Positions 12,275 to 23,282 of a stretch of DNA of 64,000 nt are shown in pieces; the first letter of the stretch is position 1; the number at the start of each line of letters is the position of its first letter. A program made the position numbers and the translations under genes. The notes beneath the pieces were generated by a model. It did no database searches, was not told the origin of the DNA, and was given only the letters and a program-made list of their open reading frames with translations. This DNA comes from Phyllobates terribilis (lineage: Eukaryota): assembly GCF_046119375.1 (NCBI RefSeq), contig NW_027362771.1, positions 581,746,001-581,810,000 of the forward strand. The letters run 5' to 3'.

Positions 12275-13230
12275 GTAAGGGGTTGTTTAAAAGTGAAATC
12301 CCTGGTAAAAATCTGAGCAATAAATTGTCATGCTGTGCATTTATAATCAGCGCTGCAGGTCAATTTCTGTTGTTATTATTATTATTATTATTATGCATAA
12401 ATGAGATTTATCAAAATCTCCTCCACTTTGCTGCTGTTATAACACGCTGCACGTTTTCTGTGCCAAAATCCATATGGCAAATGGGTAACACATCCCCCCA
12501 CATAGTTGATTGCTTTGCCCTATTATTGCAATTGCTGGGCACAAATGCTACAAAATTAGGGAATCTATATTACGACCACAAGTCCCAGCCCAAGTGCGGG
12601 TGGTCTACAGGGATCTATGTAAATGCAGTTAGTTTGGCGCCATAGACCCCCAATCAGTCTGGGACTATTGGTTGTTATTTTGATGCTGTGATCCATCAAA
12701 AGGCATTTGAGACTTTCCTTATTTTTAGTTTCATTTAATAATAATATTTATTATTATGAATAATGATATCATTATGATGGATAATAAAGATTTTTTTTTT
12801 TTTAATTTTTTTTTAATTTATTTAATAATAAATATATTCTTAAATAACTATAGTGTAATATTATTTAAAATAAATATTTTTTATAGAATGTTCTTATTCT
12901 TAAAATATTTTATACTAAATATTATATAATTATAATCTAAAATAAAGAATATATAATAAAAATAATTATGTATTTTATTTTTGTTATATAATCTTATCAA
13001 AAACATATATTTATAATAAGATTATTCCTTGCATAATAAAAATAAATAGTAACAACAAAAATGATAAAAAAAATATTTATATAATAAAAATATTTATATG
13101 TATTAATTATAATTTGTTTATTAATAATAAATACATATATTTATTAATTATTTAAGATTGATTGATTTTATTATTAAAGAATAATAATAAATATAACCTG
13201 TTTTTTTTTTTTTTTTTTTTTTCTCCCCAG
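12275..13230 (+). other. dand5: dand5 intron (956 bp) with a very AT-rich interior
   Basis: GT at 12275. T22-CTCCCCAG acceptor ending at 13230. Segment ~12720-13225 is almost entirely A/T. Confidence 0.92.
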
Positions 13231-13503
13231 AATGTTTTCAGGAAAAGCTGCGCTCCTCTGAAGTTTCACAATAAATTTTGCTTTGGTCAGTGCAATTCGT
13301 TTTACGTCCCGGGTCTGCCCTCCGGACTGTCTCAGCCCTGCACGTCATGCGCTCCCTCCCGTTCCAGGCGCATCTCTGTCCCGCTGCGCTGTCGTGGGGG
13401 CCGCCTGTCGTGGGAGGAGGTGGTCCTGGTGGAAGAATGTGACTGCGATGCCCCGGAGCTCGGTCAGGCCGGCAGCGGCGAGGGATTTCTGCCAGTAACC
13501 TAA
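13231..13503 (+). CDS. dand5: dand5 coding exon 2: DAN cystine knot
   Basis: [28 protein letters not shown]...PCTSCAP...LRC...VEECDC...[13 protein letters not shown] at 13501-13503. Nine DAN-type cysteines with exon 1. Spliced product is 212 aa. Confidence 0.95.
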   Translation, partial: NVFRKSCAPLKFHNKFCFGQCNSFYVPGLPSGLSQPCTSCAPSRSRRISVPLRCRGGRLSWEEVVLVEECDCDAPELGQAGSGEGFLPVT

Positions 13504-13620
13504 ACCACAGACTATACGGGAAAGACTGGATTTGACGCAGGGCCTCTGCGACGGCCTCTGATCTGTAATTCTTTGACCCCTGGCACCCCTCGTGTGAGAC
13601 ACGGCCAGACGATGACCACA
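13504..13620 (+). promoter_or_regulatory. Proximal dand5 3'UTR GAC cluster, candidate Bicc1-response element
   Basis: Eight GAC triplets in 117 nt, including bipartite GACGATGAC at 13608-13616. Confidence 0.55.
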
Positions 13621-14834
13621 ATTCTTAATTTATTTTTTAAAAACTTTTTATTTTAACGTCGCTCCCTTTAGAGGAGTTTGTAAAATGAATTTGAACACTG
13701 GGCCGTCTCCGTCCTGTGTGTAGGATTTTAGTCCTTTTATGTTTTAATTGTTAATTTTTTTACTTTTGCACATTCCTAAATCGCTTTTCTTATCCGGTTT
13801 GTACATTTTAAAGGCCTTTGCCTTTCTGTAATGTGAAGTTCTGTGACTTGATCTCGGCTTGTGGTCCGTGAATAAGATCCTTGTCCTGGTCCTGCTTTCA
13901 CAGCTGCCGTCCTCGCTGCAATGCATCGGTGCAGGTAAGCGCCACCATTAGGGAGTGGTAGCAAAGCCTCAGCTGTACGAGCGACGATCGGTCAGGATCG
14001 GCTTTACATGTCACCTATGACCCCAAGCGGAGCTCTAAGTAATCGTTCTAATCTAGAAACGCTAAATTAGAAAGTTGCAGAACTTTAGAAAAAAGTTAGA
14101 AAACCACTTTAAAAACTGGACCCCGGCCCCCCTGTGCCACGCACGGGAATGCACTTTGCACAGGGCACCGGATACTATTTATTTTGTGGGATGTTTAATG
14201 CACCCAGTTCCCGTTTCGCCATCTCTGGAAGGCCATCCGTATTTGCCCGTTAGCCCTCCAGTAATGGCCGACTAGGTGCTGCCCACATCTTCATGCTCTG
14301 CCCTATTATAAAGGAGTCCAATTCTTGCCATCCCAAAGTTAGTTCATAGCCCTGGTGCGCCCCCTGATGGATGTGAATGCAGACGTCAGGATGGAACAGG
14401 GCGAGTAGAGAAAGATGGCATAGTCCAACCTAGACCCTCAGCAGCCAGTATCGCAGCTCCTGCCCCAATGCTAGAGGACCAGCATAGTCCTTGACCGCCA
14501 TCAGTATGAGCGAACGCTTGGTAGTGGGTACCCGCCCTCATTACTCTCCCGCTATAGTCAGTGCTGTACCAGGACAGCAGCGGGCACCACCATGTGCCAC
14601 AGTCCCTGTTCACAGCCCAGGACGGCAAGAATTCAGGCTTTGTGCTGTTCATGTTCTCTGGGGGAAGGAATATTCCTGTGCACGCCCCACTTCCTGAGCA
14701 GCCCCAGCGGAGCCTGCAGTGCGGGAGGTGAGAAACACAGGGGAAATCCATCCTAAATAATCACTTTATTTCAATGTTTTTTTTTTTGCAATGTGGTCCA
14801 AGGAAAGGTCCGGATCGTCTTCCCTGTCAATTGT

Positions 14835-14887
14835 CACGCCATCCCTGATGATGCCGCAAAAGCGGTGAAACATGGTGGGGGGACGTG
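14835..14887 (+). ncRNA. Degenerate type I hammerhead ribozyme-like motif (Penelope-like minimal form)
   Basis: CUGAUGA (14845-14851), stem II GCCGC-AAAA-GCGGU, GAAA (14867-14870), short stem III, and stem I CACG..CC / GG..CGUG. The cleavage triplet reads GUG, so it is probably inactive. Confidence 0.5.
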
Positions 14888-15034
14888 TGCTATTATAACA
14901 TTGTCCTGTTCTACCATAAATGATGACACCCAATGCTGTCATCAGAACAAATATATAAATGATCATTAAAGAAAACGGTTCAGTAGATTAGGGACAACCT
15001 TTTAATATCCTTTCTGTATTTTAATGGAATAATG

Positions 15035-15040
15035 AATAAA
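15035..15040 (+). terminator. First canonical poly(A) hexamer downstream of dand5
   Basis: AATAAA at 15035-15040. ATTAAA at 14965 and AATAAA at 15214 are alternatives. No AATAAA seen between the stop codon and here. Confidence 0.35.
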
Positions 15041-16039
15041 AGTTACATGTTATAGCCTTATAGTGAGGGATATTATATGGGGGTTTTCCCCATTTGGGTA
15101 ATAATTGAATGTACATCCCCCTCCGGGCTATTGCTAGTCCTCTTTTGATTTTGGTATCTGCCAATTGTAATTTGTATCCAAATGACCAGATGTGGAATCA
15201 CAACCCGATCAGGAATAAACACATTTTACTATATTTTTTTTCTTGTATGAAAATTTATTTTAATCTAACATTGCTTCCAAAACAGGGCGACAGGTCAATG
15301 TAAAATCTCACATGAGACCGGACACGGATAACAACGTGAGGCTCCTCTGATTAAAGGAATCGTTACATTTTATAGGGTTGGGTTTGTTTTATTTAATCTT
15401 TTACATCCGTTTGATAGTCCAGAATTTATTAGGTTCAGTAATGGTGGCTATCATTAGTTGAAGAGCTGTTTAACTGCAATTCCAGAAGTGGCCACTAGAT
15501 ACCGTAGGTTTATCGGTCGACCATGACAGCACCACGAGAGAGGGGGTCCGCCCACCAAGGACAGGAAACCTACAGGCTTAAAAGGGGCGGCCCTCTCCCT
15601 CGCCTCAGTTTTGGTTTCCTGTCCTTGATGGAGGGAACCTATAGCAGGCTCATGGAAGATCTCCGTATGAAGCTGGATTTGGCGACGGCTGTCGAGCAGC
15701 GCCCCTATCTGGGATTGGCAGCTCCAGCGTCAGCTATGCAGGTGCACTCCTATCTGGGGAATGCACAGCATCTTTGCACCGGACAGAAGTGGGAGCTGCG
15801 CCCCTATCTGGGGTGGCAAGCCCACCAATGCCCTGAGGATGATGGCGGGGTTGCGTGGGGTGTCATTCCCTTCGACACCCGGCGGAGGATGGCGCTTTGT
15901 ATATTCTGGGGGGTTGCGATATTAGTAAAATCCTCTCTAAAAAGGCTAAGGGAAAGGTGGATACAGACTGTGAGATCTCCCCAGCCCCTGATGACTTTGT
16001 CGTCGGCTTATGAGTTGGACTTGGACAACTCAGCCTCTT

Positions 16040-17000
16040 CATCATCCACTTCCTCAGACAGTGGTAGTGGTGTGGGTTAGCATTGTTTTCCACTTAATGA
16101 GATTGATGGTTTGGTTAAAGCGGTTTGCTCAACTATGGGCATTCTAGATACCAGACCAGACAAATCAGTCCAAAATGTAATGTTCAGGGGGCTGGGGCAA
16201 AGGAAAAGAAGAAGTTTTCCTTTTAATGATAAACTTCAGGATCTGATACGTAGATAATGGAAAAGAGCAGAGAGAAAGGGTATTCTCCCTCCATTCTTTA
16301 AGAGAAAATACCCCTTTGAAGACTCAGCTTCTTCCTCCTGGGAGAAAGCCCCAAAAATAGATGTGGCCATAGCTAAGGCATCTAGACGATTGTCTCTTCC
16401 TTTTGATGATATGGGGGCCCTTAAGGACCCTTTGGACAGGAAAGCTGACACCTTTCTGAAAGGAACCTGGGAAACGACTGCTGGGGCTTTAAAGCCGGCG
16501 GTTGCCACTACTTGTACTGCCAGGTCCCTAATAATATGGCTGGACCAGCTTGAATCCCATGTGAAGAATAACACACCCAGGAAAGAGATTTTAATATGTC
16601 ACTTTTACAGGGGGCAGCAGCCTTCTTGGCGGACGCCTTTGCGGACTCAGTCAGATTGGCAGCAAGGTCAGCCGCCATGTCCAACGCAGCCTGTAGAGCC
16701 CTGTGGCTTAAATGTTGGCCAGGTGATATTCAGGCAAGAACAAGACTCTGTACTATGCCGTGTGAAGGGGAACATCTTTTAGGGCTTGTTCTGGACGAGA
16801 TTCTGGATAAAGCTAGTGACAAAAAGAAAGGGTTCCCTAGCTTGCCTGTTCCCACTTATAAACGTCCTTTCCGTAGAAGAAGATTTCTACGAAAAAGACT
16901 GCAGAAAGGTCAGGAGAAATGGGAAGGCCGAAAGGTAGAGGACGCCTATTCGGCTCTTCTTCTAATCGAGGGCCCCGGAAATCGAGTCAATGACTCGTAG
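16040..17000 (+). pseudogene. DIRS gag (LAP2alpha-like region), frameshifted
   Basis: LKDPLDRKAD (16363 ORF) and RALWLKCWPGD...LDEIL (16596 ORF) in two frames. Confidence 0.75.
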
Positions 17001-18880
17001 CCCAGGTAGGGGGGAGGCTGTTGGGCTTCTTACCTGCCTGGACAAAAATTTCTGCCAGTAACTGGATCCTTGATCTGGTAGGGTAGGTTCGGGTCTGAGG
17101 TTCGAGTTTGGGCAGATTCCTCGTGAGCGATTCATCTTGACCCCTGTCCATTCCTCCGTATTAGAGCAGATGGCCCTACAAGTGGAAGTGCTGGACTTGG
17201 TTCGTAAAGCGGTCCTAGTGGAAGTCCCGGCAGCGGAAAAGGGGCTAGGATTCTACTCGCATCTTTCTGATTTCTAAGCCTGACGGTTCATTTAGGTGTA
17301 TCATTAACTTGAAAGCCCTTAATAAGTTTTTGTTAGTCCCCACCTTTAAGATGGAATCCGTAAAATCAACAATAAAGTTGCTTTTTTCAGGCTGTTACAA
17401 GGTAGTGTTAGATTTAAGACGCCTATTACCATGTACCTATACATAAGGATTTCTAGAAATACCTTAGTGTAGCTTTGATCATAGATGGAGAAATTTAAAC
17501 ATTTCCAGTTTAGATCCCTGCCGTTCGGTCTAGCCATAGCCCCCCAGGTATTTACTAAGGTTATAGCAGAGGTCATGGCTCATGTTAGGGAACATGATAT
17601 TTTAATTATCCCTTACCTGGATGATTTCTTGATAGTTGGAGACTCTGCCTCCCAATGTCATAAACACCTAAAATTAGTAACCTCCATCTTCGAGTCTGGG
17701 CTGGATCCAGAATCTAGAAAAACCTAGGGTAGTGCCTTCAAAATTCCGCAGTTTTTGGGTATTATGCTGGTTTCAGACCTTCAAGTATGTTACCTCCCGG
17801 AAGCCAAAAAACAAAAGATTAAGATTCTGGTAGGAAAAGCGTTTTCAAACCCGGTTATGTCCCTTAGAGCTGCAATGTGCTTGTTTGGTACCCTGTTATC
17901 TTGCCTTCCCGGGGTTCTGTGGGCACAATACCACTCCAGAGTTCTACAGTGCGACGTTCTACATAATGAAGTTTTGTTAAATGGGCACTTAGGACGAATA
18001 TTCTTGTCACCCCGGTCAGTTTAGTCCTTACAGTGGTGGGTGAATGAGGCGAACCGATGTCGAGGGGTTCCCTGGGTGTTTAGAGTCACTAAGATAATAA
18101 CCACCGATGCAAGCTCCTGTGGGTGGGGGGCCCATCTGGGACATATGGTAGCCCAGGTGTCTTGGTCAGATATGGAAAAGGGTCTTTCCTCCAACACTAA
18201 AGAACTGTTAGCAGTGGACAAAGCGATTTAATAATTTATTGCCTTTCCTTCATGATAAAAACGTTAAGTTCCTTTCAGATAATAGGATTGCGGTAGCTTA
18301 TGTGAACCATCAAGGGGGTACACGTTCAAGATCGCTGATGAGTGACGGATCATCTTTTTCAGATTTCGGAATGCCATCTCCTTTCCTTAACGGACCTCCA
18401 CATCAAAGGAAAAGAAAACCTAAAAGCAGACTACTTAAGCCGCTATTCTGAGGCAGGGAGAATGGGAACTAAAACGAGACATTTTTTCCCAAATAGTCCA
18501 AAGATGGGGGGGCCTCCGGTGGTAGATCCCTTTGCCATGAGGCTAAACCGAAAGATAGAGCTCTTTTGTTCCCTAAATCCCAGAGAAAACCTCCTGGCGT
18601 TGAAAGCCCTCCAAGTAACTTCAGCCTGGCTTATGCCTTTCCCCCATTGAATCTTCTTCCCATGGTCCTAAGAAAGATCAGAGAGGAGAAGGCGAGGGTT
18701 CTTCTTGTCGCACCCTTTTGGCCCAGGAGGCCCTGGTTCTCATGCCTGAGGAACATGTCCATGTCCATGTCCATCTCCGATCCTTGGGTCCTGCCCGAGA
18801 TTCCAGATCTCCTTCTCCAGGGTCCAATAGTCCATCCTCAAGCTCCTGGCCTCCACTTGACTGTGTGGAACTTGGGAGGA
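17000..18880 (+). pseudogene. DIRS pol: RT, RNase H and methyltransferase-like domain, with several frameshifts and stops
   Basis: VGGRL-like start near 17010, QFRSLPFGLAIAPQVFTK, YLDD at 17614-17625, ITTDAS...WGAH at ~18097, NHQGGTRS, VDPFA...N.K...FCS and AYAFPP. Confidence 0.9.
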
Positions 18881-19063
18881 CCCTGTTAGAACGCAAAGGA
18901 TTCTCTCGGGACCTAGTGACTACACTAATGCGTAGTAAAAAAAACAATCACTACTAGAATTTATGCTAGAACTTGGAAGAAATTTTTATCTTTTTCTGGT
19001 TCTACAGTTGGTGAGGGGGCGCCAATTGGTAAAATGTTAGCATTTTAACAGAAGGGCCTCGAG

Positions 19064-19870
19064 TTGGGGTTGGCGACATGTACCCTAAAAGTCCAAGTCT
19101 CTGCCTTGGGTGCCCTATATAACTGTGAGTTGGTGGGCAATTATTGGGTTTCTCGCTTCATCAAAGCCGTGTTTAGATCCAGGCCTGTTATCAAAAGCAA
19201 TTTAGTGCCCTGGGATCTAAATTTAGTTCTAAAAGCACTAACTAGTTTGCCCTTTGAACCAAAAGATTCAGCAACCCTTAAATCCATCTCCCTTAAAACA
19301 GCGCTTCTAATAGCTCTAACATCAGCTAGGAGGATCAACGACATGCAGGCTCTGTCTTCAGCCCCACCTTTCACTCAGATCCTGGACGATAGAATAATTC
19401 TTAGAACTGACCCAGCATATTTCCCTAAAGTAGTTTCCCGTTTCCATAGACTCCAAGAAATAATCCTACCCTCGTTCTGCCCTAATCCGAGTAACCAAAA
19501 AGAGGCAGAATTCCATACTTTAGATGTAAGAAGATGTGTGATTAGGTACCTTTCGGTCACCCAGGCTTTCAGGAAAGATAGTTCTTTGATTATCTCCTAC
19601 CAAGGGGTTAGAAAGGGGCTTAAGGTTGCTAAGTCCACCATAGCTAGGTGGATCAGGGAGGCTATTACTGTAGCCTATGTCTCCAGCGGTGAGGAAGCGC
19701 CACAGGGGTTGAAGGCTCACTCTACCCGGGGGGTGACAACCTCATGGGCGGAGAAGTCTGGTGTCTCGATGGAAGACATTTGTAAGGCTGCTACCTGGTC
19801 TTCTCCATCTACCTTCTATAGGCACTATAGACTGGATTTGGGTGTTTCATCTGACCTCACATTTGGGTGA
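19064..19870 (+). CDS. DIRS tyrosine recombinase, open C-terminal 268 codons; N-terminus cut off by a stop and a frameshift
   Basis: TSARR (19328-19333), HSTR (19718-19729), ATWSS and RHY (Y at 19826-19828). Upstream in-frame TAA near 19045 and an A-run frameshift near 18940. Confidence 0.85.
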   Translation: MGLATCTLKVQVSALGALYNCELVGNYWVSRFIKAVFRSRPVIKSNLVPWDLNLVLKALTSLPFEPKDSATLKSISLKTALLIALTSARRINDMQALSSAPPFTQILDDRIILRTDPAYFPKVVSRFHRLQEIILPSFCPNPSNQKEAEFHTLDVRRCVIRYLSVTQAFRKDSSLIISYQGVRKGLKVAKSTIARWIREAITVAYVSSGEEAPQGLKAHSTRGVTTSWAEKSGVSMEDICKAATWSSPSTFYRHYRLDLGVSSDLTFG

Positions 19871-19919
19871 AAGGTGTTCCAGGCTGTGGTCTCTCCCTAG
19901 ACTTCTTCATCTCTGCAAT

Positions 19920-20001
19920 TCTCGTGGTGCTGTCATGGTCGACCGATTAAGTCATAAGTTACTTACCGGTAACAGGATTTTTCGGAGACCATGACAGCAC
20001 C
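19920..20001 (+). other. DIRS internal complementary region (ICR)
   Basis: 19920-19947 is the reverse complement of the left terminus (15512-15539). 19948-20001 is complementary to the right terminal extension (20219-20272) with few mismatches. Confidence 0.92.
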
Positions 20002-21629
20002 CTTGTATTCCCTCCCTTCACATTATGGGAGCACTCCTTATTTATTAATTAAAGATTTCACACTTTTGTTGGCGTTGTATAAAAATATTATTTTTATGGT
20101 TGTTTACTAACCTTGTGGTCCTCTCAATGCTGTGTAATCCAAACTGAGGCGAGGGAGAGGGCCGCCCCTTTTAAGCCTGTAGGTTTCCTGTCCTTGGTGG
20201 GCGGATCCCCTCTCTCATGGTGCTGTCATGGTCTCCAAAAAATCCCGTTACCGGTAAGTAACTTATGACTTTTTTTTGTTGTTTTTTTCTTTCTTACTAG
20301 TATTGTAAAGATAAACTTGTATTCAGCCTTATATATAATTGATTCTTATGTGAGAATACACAAACTTTTTCTATATACTACTAGGAAAACAAAATAAAAG
20401 CGCCATCTGGTGGTTATTCTTGGTACTGCAGATAAAGGAGTTGTCCACTTTTTTTTTTTGCAATTGGGTTTCAGTAAGAACTTTGCATGATTTTTATAGC
20501 CTCAGTCTTGCACTGTCTATTGCTGTGTGAAGGACGAGTTCACTGAGAATCCATCAGTGAGCCCACTATGCCAGTTTAATAGGGAGATTGTATCTTTTTT
20601 TTTTTTTTTGCGCCCCCTTTCTGATTTATGACCACATAAGTTGAATGTGCAGGAAAACAGAGCATATATATATAATTTTTTTACTGTCTGTGGGTGTAAA
20701 CTACTGTTCCCGTTTGACAGTAAGCAGAGAGATCTTTAAAGTGGTGAGGAATTGATATGTGATGTATATAAGAAAGTAACAATTATTATTGTGCAGTAAT
20801 TAAACAACATTTAAGTGGAGTCTTACAACCTATGGGTCTTACAAAATCATTTGACTTAGATTTTTTTTTTTTAAATTGCAAGACCTCCTTTGACCACATG
20901 GTGGTGCTGCAGCACTGCACACTTCTCATGTCTGTGTGCCGCCCTCCGCCATTATTCTCTTCCCTATAGTAATGTCCTATGTCTGAATTCTAGATATTCA
21001 TCACATCCACAGGCGACTCTTCTGCCCCCAACTATTCTGGAGCTGCACAGACCGGTTGTCAGTCTTACTAGATGTGGTGTCGATATTGATCCCATCCCAT
21101 CACATCACATGACCAGTTTAGCTGTATCCTTAATGGGGTTGTCCACCTTATTTTGGATTTTTGTTTTCTTAAATGCATTTATTTGGTCAGAGGCGTAGCT
21201 AAGGGTTCAGCATGGGAGGGGGGGGAAATCCGAGATGGCCCCTAAGCAATAACCCTGATTATAACTATGGTGGTGCACCCTAACTGTGGGTATAGGGGAA
21301 CCTCAGCCGATGACCAGGCTGAAAATACATCGCTACACAAAGACCAACACTAATATTACCACCATATAGTGACCATATAGTGGTAGATACCAGTGCTGCG
21401 GAACACAAGAGATTAGATTACAGTACAGTTACAGATAGTGACTTACCGCTGGCGTTCTTTCTGATGGAGTCGCTCACTTTTCCTGTCTTTTCCATCTGGC
21501 CCAGAACGTATAATGGCCCCCACAGTAGTCCCCACATCATATGATGGTCCCCAAGGTAGACTCCAAATTGTATAATGGCCCCCCATTAGCTCCCACGCTG
21601 TGTGATTGCCCCCAAGATAGACCCCATGC

Positions 21630-23040
21630 TGTATAATGGCCCCGCATTAGCTCCTATGCTCTATAATGGTCCCCCGCATTAGCTCCTATGCTCTATAATG
21701 GTCCCCCGCATTAGCTCCTATGCTGTATAATGGTCCCCCGCATTAGCTCCTATGCTCTATAATGGTCCCCGCATTAGCTCCTATGCTCTATAATGGTCCC
21801 CCGCATTAGCTCCTATGCTCCATAATGGTCCCCCGCATTAGCTCCTATGCTCCATAATGGTCCCCCGCATTAGCTCCTATGCTCTATAATGGTCCCCCGC
21901 ATTAGCTCCTATGCTCTATAATGGTCCCCCGCATTAGCTCCTATGCTCTATAATGGTCCCCCGCATTAGCTCCTATGCTCTATAATGGTCCCCCGCATTA
22001 GCTCCTATGCTCCATAATGGTCCCCCGCATTAGCTCCTATGCTCTATAATGGTCCCCCGCATTAGCTCCTATGCTCTATAATGGTCCCCCGCATTAGCTC
22101 CTATGCTCTATAATGGTCCCCGCATTAGCTCCTATGCTGTATAATGGTCCCCCGCATTAGCTCCTATGCTGTATAATGGTCCCCCGCATTAGCTCCTATG
22201 CTGTATAATGGTCCCCCGCATTAGCTCCTATGCTGTATAATGGTCCCCCGCATTAGCTCCTATGCTCTATAATGGTCCCCGCATTAGCGCCTATGCTCTA
22301 TAATGGTCCCCCGCATTAGCTCCTATACTGTATAATGGTCCCCCGCATTAGCTCCTATGCTGTATAATGGTCCCCCGCATTAGCTCCTATGCTCTATAAT
22401 GGTCCCCCGCATTAGCTCCTATGCTCTATAATGGTCCCCGCATTAGCTCCTATGCTCTATAATGGTCCCCCGCATTAGCTCCTATACTGTATAATGGTCC
22501 CCCGCATTAGCTCCTATGCTGTATAATGGTCCCCCGCATTAGCTCCTATGCTATATAATGGTCCCCCGCATTAGCTCCTATGCTGTATAATGGTCCCCCG
22601 CATTAGCTCCTATGCTCTATAATGGTCCCCCGCATTAGCTCCTATGCTGTATAATGGTCCCCCGCATTAGCTCCTATGCTGTATAATGGTCCCCCGCATT
22701 AGCTCCTATGCTGTATAATGGTCCCCCGCATTAGCTCCTATGCTGTATAATGGTCCCCCGCATTAGCTCCTATGCTGTATAATGGTCCCCCGCATTAGCT
22801 CCTATGCTGTATAATGGTCCCCCGCATTAGCTCCTATGCTGTATAATGGTCCCCCGCATTAGCTCCTATGCTCTATAATGGTCCCCCGCATTAGCTCCTA
22901 TGCTGTATAATGGTCCCCCGCATTAGCTCCTATGCTGTATAATGGTCCCCCGCATTAGCTCCTATGCTGTATAATGGTCCCCCGCATTAGCTCCTATGCT
23001 CTATAATGGTCCCCCGCATTAGCTCCTATGCTGTATAATT
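21630..23040. repeat. 32-bp minisatellite, roughly 43 highly homogeneous copies
   Basis: Unit TATAATGGTCCCCCGCATTAGCTCCTATGCT(C/G). Variants are mainly C/G at one site and C4/C5 run length. Confidence 0.97.
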
Positions 23041-23119
23041 GCTCCCCAAATTAACTTCCACGCTGTATGAGGGTCCTCCATACTTTGATGCCCCCACAGT
23101 CTCACCTCATGTTTTAAAA

Positions 23120-23282
23120 CCTGTAGAATGTAAACCCGCAAGTGCGGGGTCCTCCTCCCTCTGTACCAGTCTATCATTGTTAGTTTACTGTAAGTGATAT
23201 CTGTATTTTACATGTAACCCCTTCTTATGTACAGCGCCATGGAATCAATGGTGCTATATAAATAAATAATAAATAAAATAAA
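23120..23282 (+). mobile_element. Short L2-type 3' tail fragment
   Basis: Ends TGTACAGCGCCATGGAATCAATGGTGCTATATAAATAAATAATAAAT, similar to the tail at 10090-10138. Confidence 0.55.

Larger units (their letters stand above)
15509..20272 (+). mobile_element. DIRS1-type tyrosine-recombinase retrotransposon, full-length structure with decayed ORFs
   Basis: Inverted terminal repeats (~15509-15614 and ~20139-20272), ICR at 19920-20001, gag, RT, RNase H, methyltransferase-like and YR remnants in the expected order. Both ends abut TTT. Confidence 0.95.

Noticed and set aside
11909-13503. Assignment as cer1, grem1/2 or nbl1
   Set aside because: The N-terminal WESAIRR and VLPIGQDALKRS blocks and the C-terminal GSGE..LPV tail match recalled Xenopus Coco/Dand5, not the other DAN members.
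13504-15040. miR-133 seed site in the dand5 3'UTR
   Set aside because: No GGACCAA match found by eye in this interval.
15523-16080. 185-aa ORF at the DIRS 5' end as gag
   Set aside because: It starts inside the left ITR and lacks gag motifs until its last residues. The recognisable gag remnants lie downstream in other frames.
21630-23040. CRISPR-like regular 32-bp repeats (also the 48-bp and 44-bp arrays)
   Set aside because: The units are head-to-tail with no unique spacers, there are no cas genes, and the context is a vertebrate genome.
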